DNA of 63,984 nt, the filler included, from Folioceros fuciformis (lineage: Eukaryota), in the NCBI GenBank assembly GCA_049999805.1. It is 10 parts of 10 records of this genome, joined end to end, with 100 filler letters (N's around TTAATTAATTAA, not from the genome) between each part and the next. Parts side by side here need not be neighbours in the genome. Positions count along the whole stretch, not along the records: positions 1 to 11,790 come from JBNGIO010002741.1; positions 11,891 to 15,525 come from JBNGIO010002744.1; 8 more parts are not named here. The stretch is one strand, 5' to 3'. Position 1 is the first letter of the stretch, and every line of letters starts with the position of its first letter. The notes below the pieces were generated by a model, which was not told the origin of the DNA, made no database searches, and saw only the letters and a program-made list of their open reading frames with translations. Position numbers and translations under genes: made by a program. This document shows positions 1-12,734 of the stretch, in pieces.

Positions 1-842
1 TCTCCTCGTAGTTCATAGCCTATTCCAGCACCCCAGGGTTAGTCTTCCATGGCCGAGGAACCATTTCGGCTGGAAGCTGATTCCGCTGAATAAGCTACCG
101 TTTTCAGGCCAGGTCCCGGCTGCTAATCCCATTGCTTCTTACCTCCTCTCTATCTTTCCCACTACTCATACTCCTCCCCTAGAGGCTAGCTCAGCCACCA
201 AGGGTGAATAGTTGCAGGGGAAGACTTAGCAGGCGGCCATCCAACAAGGAAGAGGCGGCGTCCACAAATCTTTGAAGATCATACATCCTCCGAAGTCTCA
301 GGATGGTCTAAGAGGTGGTAGATCCTTGTGGTAGTAAGGCCAGCTCATTGGTGGCAGGATGTGCTAGAAGTCTAAATAAGTGGCTGGTGATAGCAAGCTA
401 GGCTAGTGGTCCTATTAAAATAATATTTGTCAAGTTAGAAAGAGGTGAAGTCAGAGAGAGAGAGGCTCCTATAAGATCAGGTGAGCCTGTAGGAGGAGGT
501 AGTCTGTCACTTCGTGAGCTCTTGGAGGTACTCTCTACATGAGCTCTTGTGGTCTGTCCTTGCTTGGGTTAGGACTTGCAGTGTGTTGCCGGCTGTGCAA
601 CGTCTGGTAGGATCGCAAGCCGCGTGTTGTCGATTGTACAGTGTCTGGTAGGATCACAAGGTGTAATGACCAGGGTGAAGGAGCTTGCCGCTAGCTCTTG
701 ATTGTAAAGGATGTGGCTTTCTCTCAACCTGTCCACTCTTGTTCCCTGTTTGGACAAGTGCTGTAGGCCGGTCATGTTTCATGGCGTCTGGTAAGGTTGT
801 GGGAAGGAGATATCCGAGAGGGGAGTGTGTTCCCTTCTTTTT

Positions 843-1260
843 TTTCTTTGGGGTTAGTCCAATGACTCTTGCCGGGTAGGAGGAGTTAGTAGGGAAGTGT
901 AGAAGGTAGTGGTGTCGTTGTTGGTTGCTGGTGTTGGAGCAAGAGAGTGAGTGAGTGAGTGAGGGAAGTCACAGATCTAAGAGGTCAGGGTCGTTGTAGT
1001 GACTGGAGTGAGTTTGTGGGCACCAAGAGAGGTACAACTGACCGCTGGACAGCGAGGCTTGTCCTACGCCTGATTGGAGCTGGAGGGGAGCCCTCAAATC
1101 CATCATTGAGTCGATTGAGTCCGACCCTCCATCCACAGCAACAAGGAATCCCATTGTTCCTTCGTGGGAAGGGAACCCAATGTCTCAACGACAGAGGGAT
1201 GAGTGTGGCCACTAAAGGTGGAACCCGTCGGCAATCAGTGCCCGGGGTTTTGCCTCCACA
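843..1260. repeat. Direct repeat copy A (~400 bp), partner at 7184-7574
   Basis: Colinear shared blocks with 7184-7574: TTCTTTGGGGTTAGT, GACTCTTGCCG, AAGGTAGTGGTG, GAGTGAGTGAG, GAGCCCTCAAATCCATCAT, CCCAATGTCTCAACGACA, GGTTTTGCC..CACA. The copies are diverged. Confidence 0.85.
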
Positions 1261-1399
1261 ATGTGCAGGAGCTAGTTGCCTACATCCCCACAACCCCGGT
1301 CTCCTTCCTATGTGGAACACTGATAGGCCCTCCACCCTTCGTGATAGATGTCCATCATTGTATCTTCCGTACTCAAGTTGAACGGAGTTACCTTGGAGG

Positions 1400-4300
1400 A
1401 GGCTGGGCTGACCCCTAGCCTTCCTGGTGTCCTCCTTGTCACCCGATGTTATAGCTTTGCCCGTCCCGCAGCCTGAACGGCCTAGAGCAAACACACTATC
1501 ACTGACAACCTCACTAAGTCGGGCTAGAGGCCCTTGAGTTTCCGGCTGGAACATCTCCTGGGGTCCAAGTGTTTCCTTTCGCTCCAAGCATGAGGTCTGG
1601 AACCGACTCGAGAACGGCTCTTTGCCGTCTGCCATAACTTCCCGCTGCGCATCTGGCCTCTTGCTACTCTCGGCTTCAGGGAACTCGTGGTAGCCTCCTT
1701 CCATGTGTATTCCCCTCCTTGGTGGGGCGCGTGGAGCCCCTCCTAGCGAGTCATCTAGCAACATCTCAGCTGCTGCACCGGGGAGTCGGTGGACCGACTC
1801 CTAAGCAAAAAGGAAAGAACCCTGTTGGGGGGCTGGTTCCCACCTCACCACCCGATCCAGAGCCTCAGGAGCCTCTCTTCCGTCTTCACCATCCAACCTG
1901 CTTGGGATTGTGTGATCCAGCAAGTCAACAACCGACCTATCCCCCGACTGCTCACCTGCTGCATCTGATCTACCATAACAGCGCTCATGAGACTGACCCT
2001 CACCCTTTAGGATGACCTCCTTGTCACTCACCGTAGCAACCACGCCCGTCATGTTGTCTGGTCACCCTGAAGTAGGTGTATTAGCTAGGTGCTGTAGTCT
2101 AGCCTGGCGATCTCGATAGCACACTCAACCGGATAGGTGGTCATAATCCTTTATGCTCTCTTCCTTGTCATCCATCGAATTAGCCCACCTCGTCGACTCT
2201 AGGTGGTTAGATGCGTGACACTTGCTGGGAAAACCTGATCCAGCTATTTCCATGCTCTCATACTTTGCCATTGCTTTTGGGTCGGTAGCATTCTTGCTAG
2301 ACTTGGTTACAGATTCGCTTGGAGTAGACACGAATTTGCAGCTCACATTTGCGTGGGCAGTCAAAGAACTTACACCACCACCTACAGTCCTAACCGCCTT
2401 CTTGAGCAGGTGTGCGTGTTCACGTGAACAACTTGAACCAACTGCTGTCGAATTCACGTCCACTACCTCCGGTGGCGAGTCCTCGCAAACCAAGCCCGAT
2501 TCGTTTCTAGTATGGCCTGGAGCTGGCTCAAAATCATAGATACCACCACTATGCCTAATCGAATACCTCTGAGCACACACCTGACTCCCTTCCTGTGGTA
2601 CCAAGGCAAGCCCATCATCATTGGAAAGGCATAGAACTTGCCAAGGAACACTATCCGCCCGGGTCATCTTGGCACTTCCATCACCCTTGTTTATTCCTCC
2701 CTTCGGTGTTGTCGACCACCCTTCCGATTCCGCGTGCTTGGCTAATCGATCAAGTTGCTGCTCTTCATCTTGGTGGTAACGACTGAACCCCAACCCAGGC
2801 AGCTGGTCAGGATCCTTTATGCTCTCATCCCCGCTGCCCACTGAATTGGCCCACGTCATCGACTCTAGGGGGTTAGATGTGTGCCACTTACTGGGAGAGC
2901 CTACCTCAGAGATTCCTGGACGCCCGTACTCTGCCAATGCTTTGGGGTCAGTGCAAGTCTTGCCAGACTTGGTTCCAGTTCCACCTGGAGCAGATGCAGG
3001 CTCACCTCCCGAGCTTGCATGGGCAGCCAAAGAACTAAAGCCGCCTTCATCCTTAGGATCCTTCCTGAGCAGGTGAGCACGTTCACCTGAACCTCCTACA
3101 CCATCAGTTGTCGAAATCCCTCCCTCTGCCACCAGTTTCAAGAGAGTGCAAAGCATGCCCGGCTTGTTTCTAGTATGGCCTGGAGCTGGCTCAAACTCGC
3201 TAACACCATCACTGTGTCTAGCCGGAAACCTCTGAGCAGACGCCTGACTCCCTTCCTGTGGAACCCTAGTGGCTGAATTTTCCTCACACCCTCCTTCCTT
3301 CCTGATTCCTTCTCATGGGAGAGTGCCTGAAGGCAACCTAGGAGCACCACCCATCCTCTTTCCTGCCTCGCACACCGCATGTCCCGTAATAGGCTGCCAA
3401 GTACCGACATCCTCACCGTGTCGGGACAGGAAACACTAGGCATCCCACTGTGGCAGATCGTGTGGGTCCTCCACTCGTTTGTCAGCGAGGTCACACCCTT
3501 GGGGCCACCTATCCTCACCGACCCCACTGGTTAGCCCAGAGCATCCGTTGCCCAAGAACTCGCCTCCTCCAGCAAGCCTAAGAGAACTCTTCTGCTCCAA
3601 GAGCGGGGTTTGGGGCTGATACACGGGTGACACTACACCCTCTGCCTCGCCCCCCCCGTTGCGAATCATACCAACTGCAACCACCGGACTCTGGAATCCC
3701 ACCGCCGCTTCTTGCTTTAAGGAGTCGACATCCTGGAAGGGTGTGTGTAACACCTCCAGGTGTGCCAGTCTTCATCAAGGCAGTTGCTTCACCAGCGAGG
3801 CGGTGGCTTAGATCTTGCTCAAAGAGGGAAGCCTTCTGGCTAAGGACAGGTTCCACCCCAAGCTGTGCACTCCCAAAGCCCGCCTAATCGGTTCCCTGTT
3901 CCTCTGCCGACACTTCTTCAACAGCACCAGCCAGGCCCGATTCTCTTTCAAGTTGGCCGTGGTCAGCCACGAAATCACTGGTATCCACCCTAAGCCTAGC
4001 CAAAGGTCCCTGCGCAAACACCCGCCTTCCTTCCTGTGGGATCCCAGTAGTCCGCTCACTGTTTGTAAAGCAGGAAACCTGCCGAGACACTCTGTCTTCC
4101 CGGGCCAGCTGGTTGCTTCCAGCTTCCTTTCCTGTACCTCCCTCCAAGGTCATAGAAGTGCCTTCTGTCTCCGCACAGAAAGGTTGATGCCACCCCAAGG
4201 TTGGCACGGCAAATTTAGCCGAGAGCCCGTGATGCCGACAACGTCTCTTGGAGCACCCGGTACCTGGACTCACCTCGCAACCTCCTTCCAGCGTGAATTC

Positions 4301-7150
4301 ATTTGTGAGATTTTCTGGAGGCAACCCAGGAAAACCCACCAACCTCTTGTCTGTCTTGCTACCCGACTGGCCTGGAGTAGCCACCTTGGCTCCGAGTTCT
4401 TCACCGTGTTGCATTAGCACTCCCTGAGGACCCCGCTGGATACCACCCTGAGGACCTTCAACACACTTGCTAGCAAGGTCGCGGCCCAGAGGCCGTCTAG
4501 CATCACCGAGGTCACGAGGTGGCGCCGAGCTCCCTCTGCCCAGGGGCGATCCATCCCTAGCCATCCTTATGGAGCTCCTTAGCTCCAAACTCGGTGCTTG
4601 GTGTCGACTCGGGGGAGGAGCGACCCCATCTGCAGCCCTGCCCCGATGCGCTCCAGTCCTTACACAGGACCTTGGATCCGGAGACCCTCCTACGCTTCCC
4701 TCCTTGTGGAGTCCCCCCCCTGGAGGGGTGGCCTCCCTTGCCCTCACAAGCCTGTCAATCGATTCAGGCTTCTCCACTGCACCCAGTAGCTCCCTAGAGG
4801 CACCGACCTGCACCGCCCTTGCCCTTGCAAGCTTGTCGACCGATTCAGAAATCTCCGCTTCTTGCTTGGTCAAAAAGGCAGCGCTAACCACCGTCCCTAT
4901 GCAATTATCAAGTCCACTGCTTGGCCCTGGATCATGCTGCCGAAACGGGATGGTTTGGCAGTCCTCAACTTCTCCTTAGTGTACCGTCAAGTCCCCGGAC
5001 TCCCACCTACTCTCATGTCTAGCAGGCACACCATCCAAAGAGCTAGGATCCTCTCGTGTAGAATTTCCATGAAAGCTTGTCCCAGAAGTTTTCCTCGGGC
5101 TCAGGACTTCTAGTTTGCGAACCTTTCTCCATACACGTTGACCTGCACCTTTACCGGCTGCCAAAAGATTTCCTTCACCCACCAGCTTATCGGAAGGCAC
5201 AGACTGGTCTTCCCCCCCCCTCAGGAACAGCGTGCAGGGACACACCAGAGAAACCCAACGAAGTGGGCAGCTCACTGCGAGCATCTAGCAACACCTTTGA
5301 GGCACTGTGTTGCTTATTGGCGTCAAATACAACCTTCAAGTCCCTACTGGCCAAAACACTTGTGGGGCATGCAAGATGATTCCTGGGTAACAACTCGTGT
5401 GAGCTTCCGCTTGCATCATGGCACTCGTTGAGAGGGTCGCTGAACCTACTTGCCGATGCCGACCCTGCTCTCCGGGTGTACTCTTCATTGTCAAGATCCA
5501 CCTCCATAGGCACAGTGCCCTCTGCAACCATGTCTTCTTCCCATCTGAGCTCCCACTTGCCTGGCAATTTTATTGAGATCAAAAAACCTAGGTGAGCTTT
5601 GAAGACCACCCTAGACGCCAGTGTGACCCTGCCTTTGCCAAACTTTGCGTCTTTGATGTAGGCCAACGTCTATGATTCCCTCAACCACTGTGACACACTC
5701 TTGTTCCGAACTTGGCACTCCTCACCCAGCTCAATCAGTGTGATCGTGAACAGGATGGAAGAGCAATCTTCCAAACTGTGACAAACCATACTGTGCCTAG
5801 CCCCTTGAGGATACTGGTTCCCCGTTTGTTTGTCTAAACCCAAACCCACCTACAGCATATCCCGAGTTCTCAGCTTAACATTATCCCAGAAGGCAGGAAG
5901 CTGATGCCCCATCGCATCCCCAAGCTGGAGGGAGCGCGTAGGCAGGGCTCTAAGATCGCCCACCTTCGGCAGCCAATAATTGAAATCTTTGCCCATCTTC
6001 TTCCACTTGAGCATGCAGATTTTGATGTGCGTGTTGGTTGCAACCTCAGTACTCGAGAAGAAGAGTTTTTGAATCCGATTTGCCCATTGCTGCGTTTCAG
6101 GGTTGGACCTCCACGATTTCCTGAGCACTCCTTTAAAGCCTGGTAGTGGACCTGGATGGGCCTTCTCAGCTTTGTCACCTCCACTGCCAGCACAAGCTCG
6201 AAGAGGACAAGCCTGCTTAAGGTGGCTTTTCAGCCCACAGACACCGCACCTGACAGGCAGATCAAGGTAGTCAAAGAGCTGGGTATAGCATCTAGATGGG
6301 TCTTCCGGATTTTGAACAATGACTCCTTTAGGCAGGGCAAGGAGGCTATCAACCCTAACGCCAAAACGAGGGGGCTGATAGCTGTCAAAGAAGTGCGAAT
6401 CCACCTTGGGAACCTCCACCACTCGGCCTATAGTCCCCAAGATCTTACGTATCATCGGGATGAGCTGCACGGGCAGAGCACGAAGCCCCACCCAGAGAAA
6501 CTGCAGTTTGATATTCGACTATATAATTGTGTTCCCTAGAGACCAAGCCTCCACCAACACCCGGATGGAGCCTTGAAATGGCACGGTTGTGTGTAAGATT
6601 GACTGCGCGCCTGCTGCCTCGTCACATTTGATCTGAAAAGAACCATCAGCCTTCTGGAAAACATATGCTGGAGGGCACCCGGTTACTTGAGTCGCCCAAA
6701 TCTCTAGCTCCTCCACCGTAGGGGGACCTCCGGACAGCAGCCGCCCCATAATAGAGTTGGCCATGAGTTTGTCTTCCTCCTATTGAAAGTACCGAGCTTC
6801 TGCAAGAACATCCGCTAGAGGGCCTAGCTGAAGACCTGGACCCTCTTTTGCCGAAACCGAGGCATATTCTTGAGAAGCGTTCGCCTGTGCCTGTTCACGA
6901 GCATAATCCACCTCAGGCATCCGTACCTGAGCTTCAGTCTCTGCCTCAGCTTTTGTTCAGCTAGCATAAGATGGATTAGGAACCTTCCCCACCGCGTTAA
7001 GCCCCCTTGCATTCTGTTCACTTGCGCACAAATCGACCACGGCCGCCCATGTGCCAACTATGGAGCCCCCCCGTGGGGAGCTCAACGCCTCCATTGAGGC
7101 CCCAACCTAGGCCCTTGGCATCACCGCCTTCATTGCCCGTACCCCCTCGG
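1400..7150 (-). mobile_element. Degenerate LINE (L1-clade) ORF1-like reading frame with a very long C-terminal extension
   Basis: ORFs 6519-6764 and 5850-6491 join across a stop into a DUF4283-like region (W...LWVGLRALP...IGRVV) plus the zinc knuckle CGVCGLKSHLKQAC (CX2CX4HX4C). Broken ORFs continue downstream on the same strand. Boundaries are approximate. Confidence 0.7.
2140..3270 (-). repeat. Internal ~665-bp duplication within the ORF1-like extension; third partial copy at ~3930-4050
   Basis: ATCCTTTATGCTCTC at 2146 and 2812; TCTAGTATGGCCTGGAGCTGGCTCAAA at 2506 and 3169. The peptide HRKGVR..LRG.RL...LSQLQAILET.RA occurs twice, with a diverged HRKEGG..LKENRA copy. Confidence 0.85.
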
Positions 7151-7183
7151 ACTCTATGTCGTCCTTATGAAGCAATCTGTGCA

Positions 7184-7574
7184 TTTCTTTGGGGTTAGTA
7201 TAGCTAAGTGACTCTTGCCGTGGGAGGGGAGTCAATTGAGAAGTGTACAAGGTAGTGGTGTTGTTGCTGGTGCTAGAATGAGTGAGTGAGGAAAGTTGCA
7301 GACCTAAAAAGTTAGAGTCATTGTAGGGGCTGGAGTGAATTTGTGGGCATCGAGAGGTGCAATCGACTGCTAGACAGTGAGAACTGTCCCATGCCTGATC
7401 GGAGCCCTCAAATCCATCATCTAGTTGATTGAGTTTGACCCTCTATCCATAATAACGACGAACCCCATGGCTCCTTCGTGGGAACAAAACCCAATGTCTC
7501 AACGACAATGGGATAAGTGTGGACACTAAAGGTTGAACTCTTTAGCAAACAGTTGTCCGGGTTTTGCCACCACA
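7184..7574. repeat. Direct repeat copy A' (~390 bp), partner at 843-1260
   Basis: Same colinear blocks as 843-1260, same orientation. Confidence 0.85.
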
Positions 7575-7609
7575 TGGATCAAATGGAGACAACATAGACA
7601 ATAGGCTGG

Positions 7610-9400
7610 TGTAAACGAGCTAAGATAAAATGGGCAAAAGAGGGTGATTTGTCATCCCTATTTTCTTAGTAATAATTCCATAACAGAGAATTGAAATCCC
7701 CTATTCTTTCCCCACTTGACCAGTGTAGGGAGATTCAAAAGGAACCGGCAGCCTTTTCAAACTTGACCCAGAAGTTTTATCAAGACTTGGATACGTTAAA
7801 ACAAACCTTAATCCCCTAAGAATGGAATACGAGATGGAACATCATTATGTTTAGAAGGGCCAAATATCTTTATCTGTAAGTATATGTAAATGAAGCTTTT
7901 TAATGAGTATTGAAAATAGTGTTTAGACTTGTGATTGAAAAATGATAAAAAAGATACATATATTGCTCAACATTATAGAAGTAATAAGCTCGAGGGAACA
8001 AGCTTTCTTCTTAGGTAAGCTAGAATAACATGTTGGTACCCCTTTCAACAAAAAAAAGCTTCATATAGCACTAGTAGGCATACGCAAGCCTACGAGCCCC
8101 TTCCTCTTCCTAGGCTCATGAGCATACTTATTAAAGGCAACATGGAGTCCCAACATGTCCATGCCCTTTGTGCCACACATACCATGGTCTTTCAATCTTC
8201 ATGAAAGCATATATGTATATGTTTTTTTGTATCTAATGAGCATAAATATGGTTTCCTATAGGCATTACAAAGGGAGTTTATCAAAAAATCTAAAACCTCT
8301 TCTTGCATCATATCTACTTTCTTTTTTCCTTTTTGTTAAATAAACACCTTAAAAAACCATGTGAAATAATTCATTTTCAACTTAAACACTTATGTCTAGA
8401 TTGTGTTAAGTAACAAAAACAAGTAACCAGGAGTATTAGAAAGAATTTTTGTGTATTTAGCCCTTTCAAACTCTAGTGAGTGCAATTGGCTTAGAAATAT
8501 GGGACCTTTCGAACACTAGGGAACACATTTGTCTCAAAAGTAGAAGACCTTTCCTTGTAAGGTCACACCTTAACAATTGTTAAAGTACAAGACACATACT
8601 TGTGTAGAGGTTCGACATGTTCTAAGGGATGATATGTTTTGGAGTTATGCCTTATGTATATGATACTTTTTTGTTCCTCTCCCCTAATCTTATTATTGTT
8701 AGGATGGCTTTGAAGGCAACTAAGGATTTTAGTTTTCTGTCACTGCCTTGGTAAATAATTGGCAGATTATAAGACTTTTTTGTTTGAATATGTATGCTCC
8801 TCATCCCTCCTAGTTCACAAAATGCTAATTGAAGAATGATATTATCTTTTGGGAATCCCTATCCAGTTGGGTGATGAGAATCAACAAGCAAATATGTACT
8901 GGGCTTATCTACAAGGCCAATGCCTTCGATTGCAAGCGTTATTTGTTGGCTATATGGTTTGTACAAATTTCATTTTGACATCTATCTTATGGTAGATAAT
9001 GGTTGTGTGGGCCTACTATCAAGAAAAGTTAGTCAACTTCAAGAGTTTGTCTTTACTTTCCTTTGATCCACCGGTTGGGTTGGACCAGATATGCCTAAGT
9101 GTACAAGGCTCAAAAGTGGCTTCGGCTAAGATGATTCAATCAAAAGCTTGATGGTGGAATCGATCTTGTGATCCATTGATAGTGGATGACCAAGAGATTA
9201 GACATGAACCTTATCCTTGGAAACCATTTCTTCAAGGTATATTTGGTAACTTAAGCGAACGCACTCTTGACATGTGTCAAGTATTTGCTTACAACCCATG
9301 TTTTGCAAAGGAGGACATCCCTTCTATATTTCTTCTATGCAAATCATTTATCTAGTACTAGTGTTTAGTCAAATAGAGTATGATTTGGTTGTAAGAGATT
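7610..9400 (+). mobile_element. Highly decayed LINE ORF2 remnant
   Basis: KRAKIKWAKEGDLSSLF at ~7613-7665 resembles the R.R..W..EGD.N..FF linker of LINE ORF2. KEDIPSIFLLC at ~9308-9340 weakly resembles the zf-RVT motif. No intact ORF. Confidence 0.35.
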
Positions 9401-10559
9401 CTATTGGAGGAGATAAGAGTTGAACTTGTGGTGTTGAGGTCATGGTCAGGTATAGTGGAAACTACTCTTCATTGACATGTTATGAGGTCCACGTTCCTTC
9501 ACAATTAAATTCAAGTCTCCACGGTCTCTGCAAGTTATATGACAAGATGCAGGGAACTCTCGACAAGAACTATGATAGCACCTTGGACTATCACCCGGAG
9601 CTACATCAAAGCTCTATTCTTGGCTACGGGTTGCCCCGTGGCACCAAGTTGCTAAACGAAAATTGCGGGGCTGAGGCCCTTGTTGAATGCTAGGGGCCTT
9701 AGCTTCGTGGCCCCCGATCGATGAACCAAATCCAGGGGGCTGAGGCCCTGAGCAAGGCTGATTCCCATGTGAAAGGTGGATCTTACGTAGGGGCCTCAAA
9801 GTGCGTCCGAGCCTGAGGCCCCCTATCAAGTATGCCATAACGGGGAGAATAGTTACTGAGCCAGCGAGGCCCGGCCTGCTGTGAGCTAACGAAGTGTCCA
9901 TAGCTGTGAGCACTAAAGCTGGGATAGGGGCAGGATCCGTGCATAATAGGGCTACGGCCGGTTGGTTACGTTGCCCGGTCAGACTGGAGAACCATGTGTG
10001 CTGATGGTAGCAGTGAATGAAATCCAGATCTTAAACTTCCAGAAAGAAGAATTAGATTCACGGGCACACTACCAACATTAGGCCGAAAATGGTTTTTTTT
10101 TTTCCCGGTATGTCGTGTGTGCTTTGGCTGCCTTGCCGACACAGTACTTGGTAAGGTAGGCCAGACTCCCCCATTGACATCGAATTGAAAGCACGAATGG
10201 TGCATAAGCACAATGTGAAGCCAAGAATAACAAAGAGAACTCTGAGGGCAAAATTGGCGGTGCCAGATACCTGTGAAACGTACACAACGCAACGCAAAGC
10301 TAAGCTAAGCTAAGCCAAGCCAAGCAAAGGAAAATCAAGTCCATTTGCTGATGCCGCGAATTCCAGTACAAGCGTGCTCATGTACCGCTGAGGTTGCTTG
10401 CAGGGTGTTGAGCAATGTGAGCATGTGCGTGGCAGCGTCCTTAGGATGCTCTTGGTCGTACCCGAGATGTGGGATTTCATCTGCACAGGGTCTGGAAGAT
10501 GTTGTGAAGTACTAGTACGAGGGTGATGAGGAAGGTGCAGGGATGTTGATTGGTGGGCC

Positions 10560-11789
10560 TCACCATGAGAAACTGTCCAAGTCCAGCAAGCTCAAGGGAA
10601 GGGCCCAATTGCAGGGGTAGTGAGGGATAGGGGATGTAGGTAGCTGGGGGGTGGAGGTGATGTCGACAGTTACGCAGGTGGGAGAGTCCATTGAGCATGA
10701 GTTGTCCTGATCCACGATGTCGACGTGGGGAGCAGGAGCGCTAGCAGGCTGAGCACTAGTGCAGCTGGGGGTGAGAGAAGACGTGTGACAGCGGTACCGG
10801 TCCTCCTGGAGCAGGGATGGGTGCAGGTAGGAGGTCGAGGGGTGGTGGTCGCCGTACGCGTAGGTGTGGAAGCCAGTGTCGTCCAGTTCACTTCCTCCCA
10901 TGGCCAGCTGCTCAAACACGCTGAAGGTGTCGACGTCGTCCTGTACAATTTGTGACAAATTGTGGTGCAGGTCCGGATGGGAGTGGGTGGCGCCGACCTG
11001 CTGCGACTCCGTCGCTACTGGTGCTACTTGGGATCCAGATCCGCCGTACAGCCCTGTCTCATCCCCGATACCCAGGACTCCTGACGACGATGGCGAGCCC
11101 GGGTGCACAACTTGAAGGCTGCCTGACAGCAGTCCCCCGTCCTCAGGGCTTGCGCATCCCAGCAGGCCCGGGCCCAGGCCCAGGCTCGGATGATGCTGCG
11201 GCCCTAGGCCTGCTCCCCCTGGCTGTCGCTCTCGCGGGCTGTGCAGATGGGGGAATCCGAAGGCGGGTCCGGAGGAGTCCAAATGCAAGTCGGCACGCGC
11301 AGCTGGCTGCTGGAGGTGGTCGGGAGAGCTGGAATACGGCCCGTCGGGTCGGTGAAGTAGCACAGCAGCCTGCAGGGATCCGGAGTAGCCATCCGAGCAT
11401 TCCGAGTTGGAGGTGGTTGCCATTGAGTTGGGCGCCGGGGAGGCGGATCCGGTAGCGCTGGCGCAGGAGGGAGGATCCGGAGGCGCACTGATGGTTGGCG
11501 GAGGAGTAGGGGAGCTGTTGGTGGAGGTTGTAGTGCAGGGTCCAGGGGGCGGCGTGGGCGTGGCATGCGCAGCACCAGCGGGCGAGAGTAGATGCATCAC
11601 CTGGGTGGCACAGAGGATGTTGAAGTGCGCTTGCGGGCCCAGGATCTTGAGCGCGGCCTGGTCGTAGGCCAAGGCAGCCTCGTCCGCGGTGGCGTAGGAG
11701 CCCAGCCACAATCGAGTGCGCTGCTTGGGCTCGCGAATCTCCGCCACCCACTTCCCCCAGGTCCGCTGCCTAACCCCCCGGTAATTGCA
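10560..11789 (-). CDS. AP2/ERF transcription factor, DREB subfamily (DREB2/group IV-like), 5'-truncated by contig end
   Basis: [57 protein letters not shown] is an AP2 domain with DREB-type V14/E19. Intronless Pro/Ser-rich body and an acidic LDLDSFSW C-terminus. Confidence 0.93.
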   Translation of the reverse strand, partial: CNYRGVRQRTWGKWVAEIREPKQRTRLWLGSYATADEAALAYDQAALKILGPQAHFNILCATQVMHLLSPAGAAHATPTPPPGPCTTTSTNSSPTPPPTISAPPDPPSCASATGSASPAPNSMATTSNSECSDGYSGSLQAAVLLHRPDGPYSSSPDHLQQPAARADLHLDSSGPAFGFPHLHSPRERQPGGAGLGPQHHPSLGLGPGLLGCASPEDGGLLSGSLQVVHPGSPSSSGVLGIGDETGLYGGSGSQVAPVATESQQVGATHSHPDLHHNLSQIVQDDVDTFSVFEQLAMGGSELDDTGFHTYAYGDHHPSTSYLHPSLLQEDRYRCHTSSLTPSCTSAQPASAPAPHVDIVDQDNSCSMDSPTCVTVDITSTPQLPTSPIPHYPCNWALPLSLLDLDSFSW

Positions 11790-11790
11790 C

Positions 11791-11890
11791 NNNNNNNNNN
11801 NNNNNNNNNNNNNNNNNNNNNNNNNNNNNNNNNNTTAATTAATTAANNNNNNNNNNNNNNNNNNNNNNNNNNNNNNNNNNNNNNNNNNNN
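11791..11890. other. Artificial contig spacer
   Basis: N44-TTAATTAATTAA-N44, with stops in all six frames. Confidence 0.99.
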
Positions 11891-12059
11891 AAATACGAAC
11901 ACACGTCTACACTCACAAATAAGAACACACGGAACACTACACTCACAAATAAGAACAAACAAGAACACACGTCTACACTCACAAATACGAACACACGTCT
12001 ACACTCACAAATAAGAACACACGGAACACACGTCTATACTGACAAGCAAGAACACACGC
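11891..12059. repeat. Degenerate ~26-bp tandem repeat
   Basis: GAACACACGTCTACACTCACAAATA variants, about 5-6 copies. Confidence 0.85.
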
Positions 12060-12734
12060 TTACACCCATTCTTGCGCTTCAAACATCCAATATCATTATT
12101 CAAATAAGTACCCGTTCATAAAGTTACTGAAATCATGTATAGCATGTAAAATCTAAAACAATCGTACTTTTCATAAATAAAATAATAAAATTCATGCTAT
12201 TCAACCAGTTATTTTACTCGTACGGACACCGCTTGGATAACATGCTTTGGACGTGACACACTGTCATGTCACCGGCGGGGTAACGGGCAACCGGAGTGTA
12301 AAGTGATGGCCGCGCCGCTGGGGGCAACCCGAGTGGAAAGTGATGGCACCGCATCTTTGGCGAATTTTCTGAACCGGGGTGGACGACCGGGCGCTCCGAG
12401 GGGGATGTGGTGACCAAGCAAACGCGTGCGGGTCAGTGGTCGTAGTGTACGCGTCGTTGGGCGGCCACTGGCCAGCCCTCCGGCTGTGGCTGGAGGATTG
12501 ATGTCAGTCCAGATCCCGGTGGAAGCAGCAAGGCCGTGCGTGGAGGGGGAAATGCAGAGCGCTTGTGTCCCGCTCTGTGCTTGACGCTGAAGGAGAGGAT
12601 CAGCAACTGTAGAGGGGATCCGACACCAACATCAATCGAGATCGAGCTGACGCCGAAGCTCTCTGTGGCGCAGGCTCAAGGCAACCCTAGGTAGGTAGCT
12701 CGAGGGGCGGTGGGTGTTCCAGCGGCCAGGGGCC

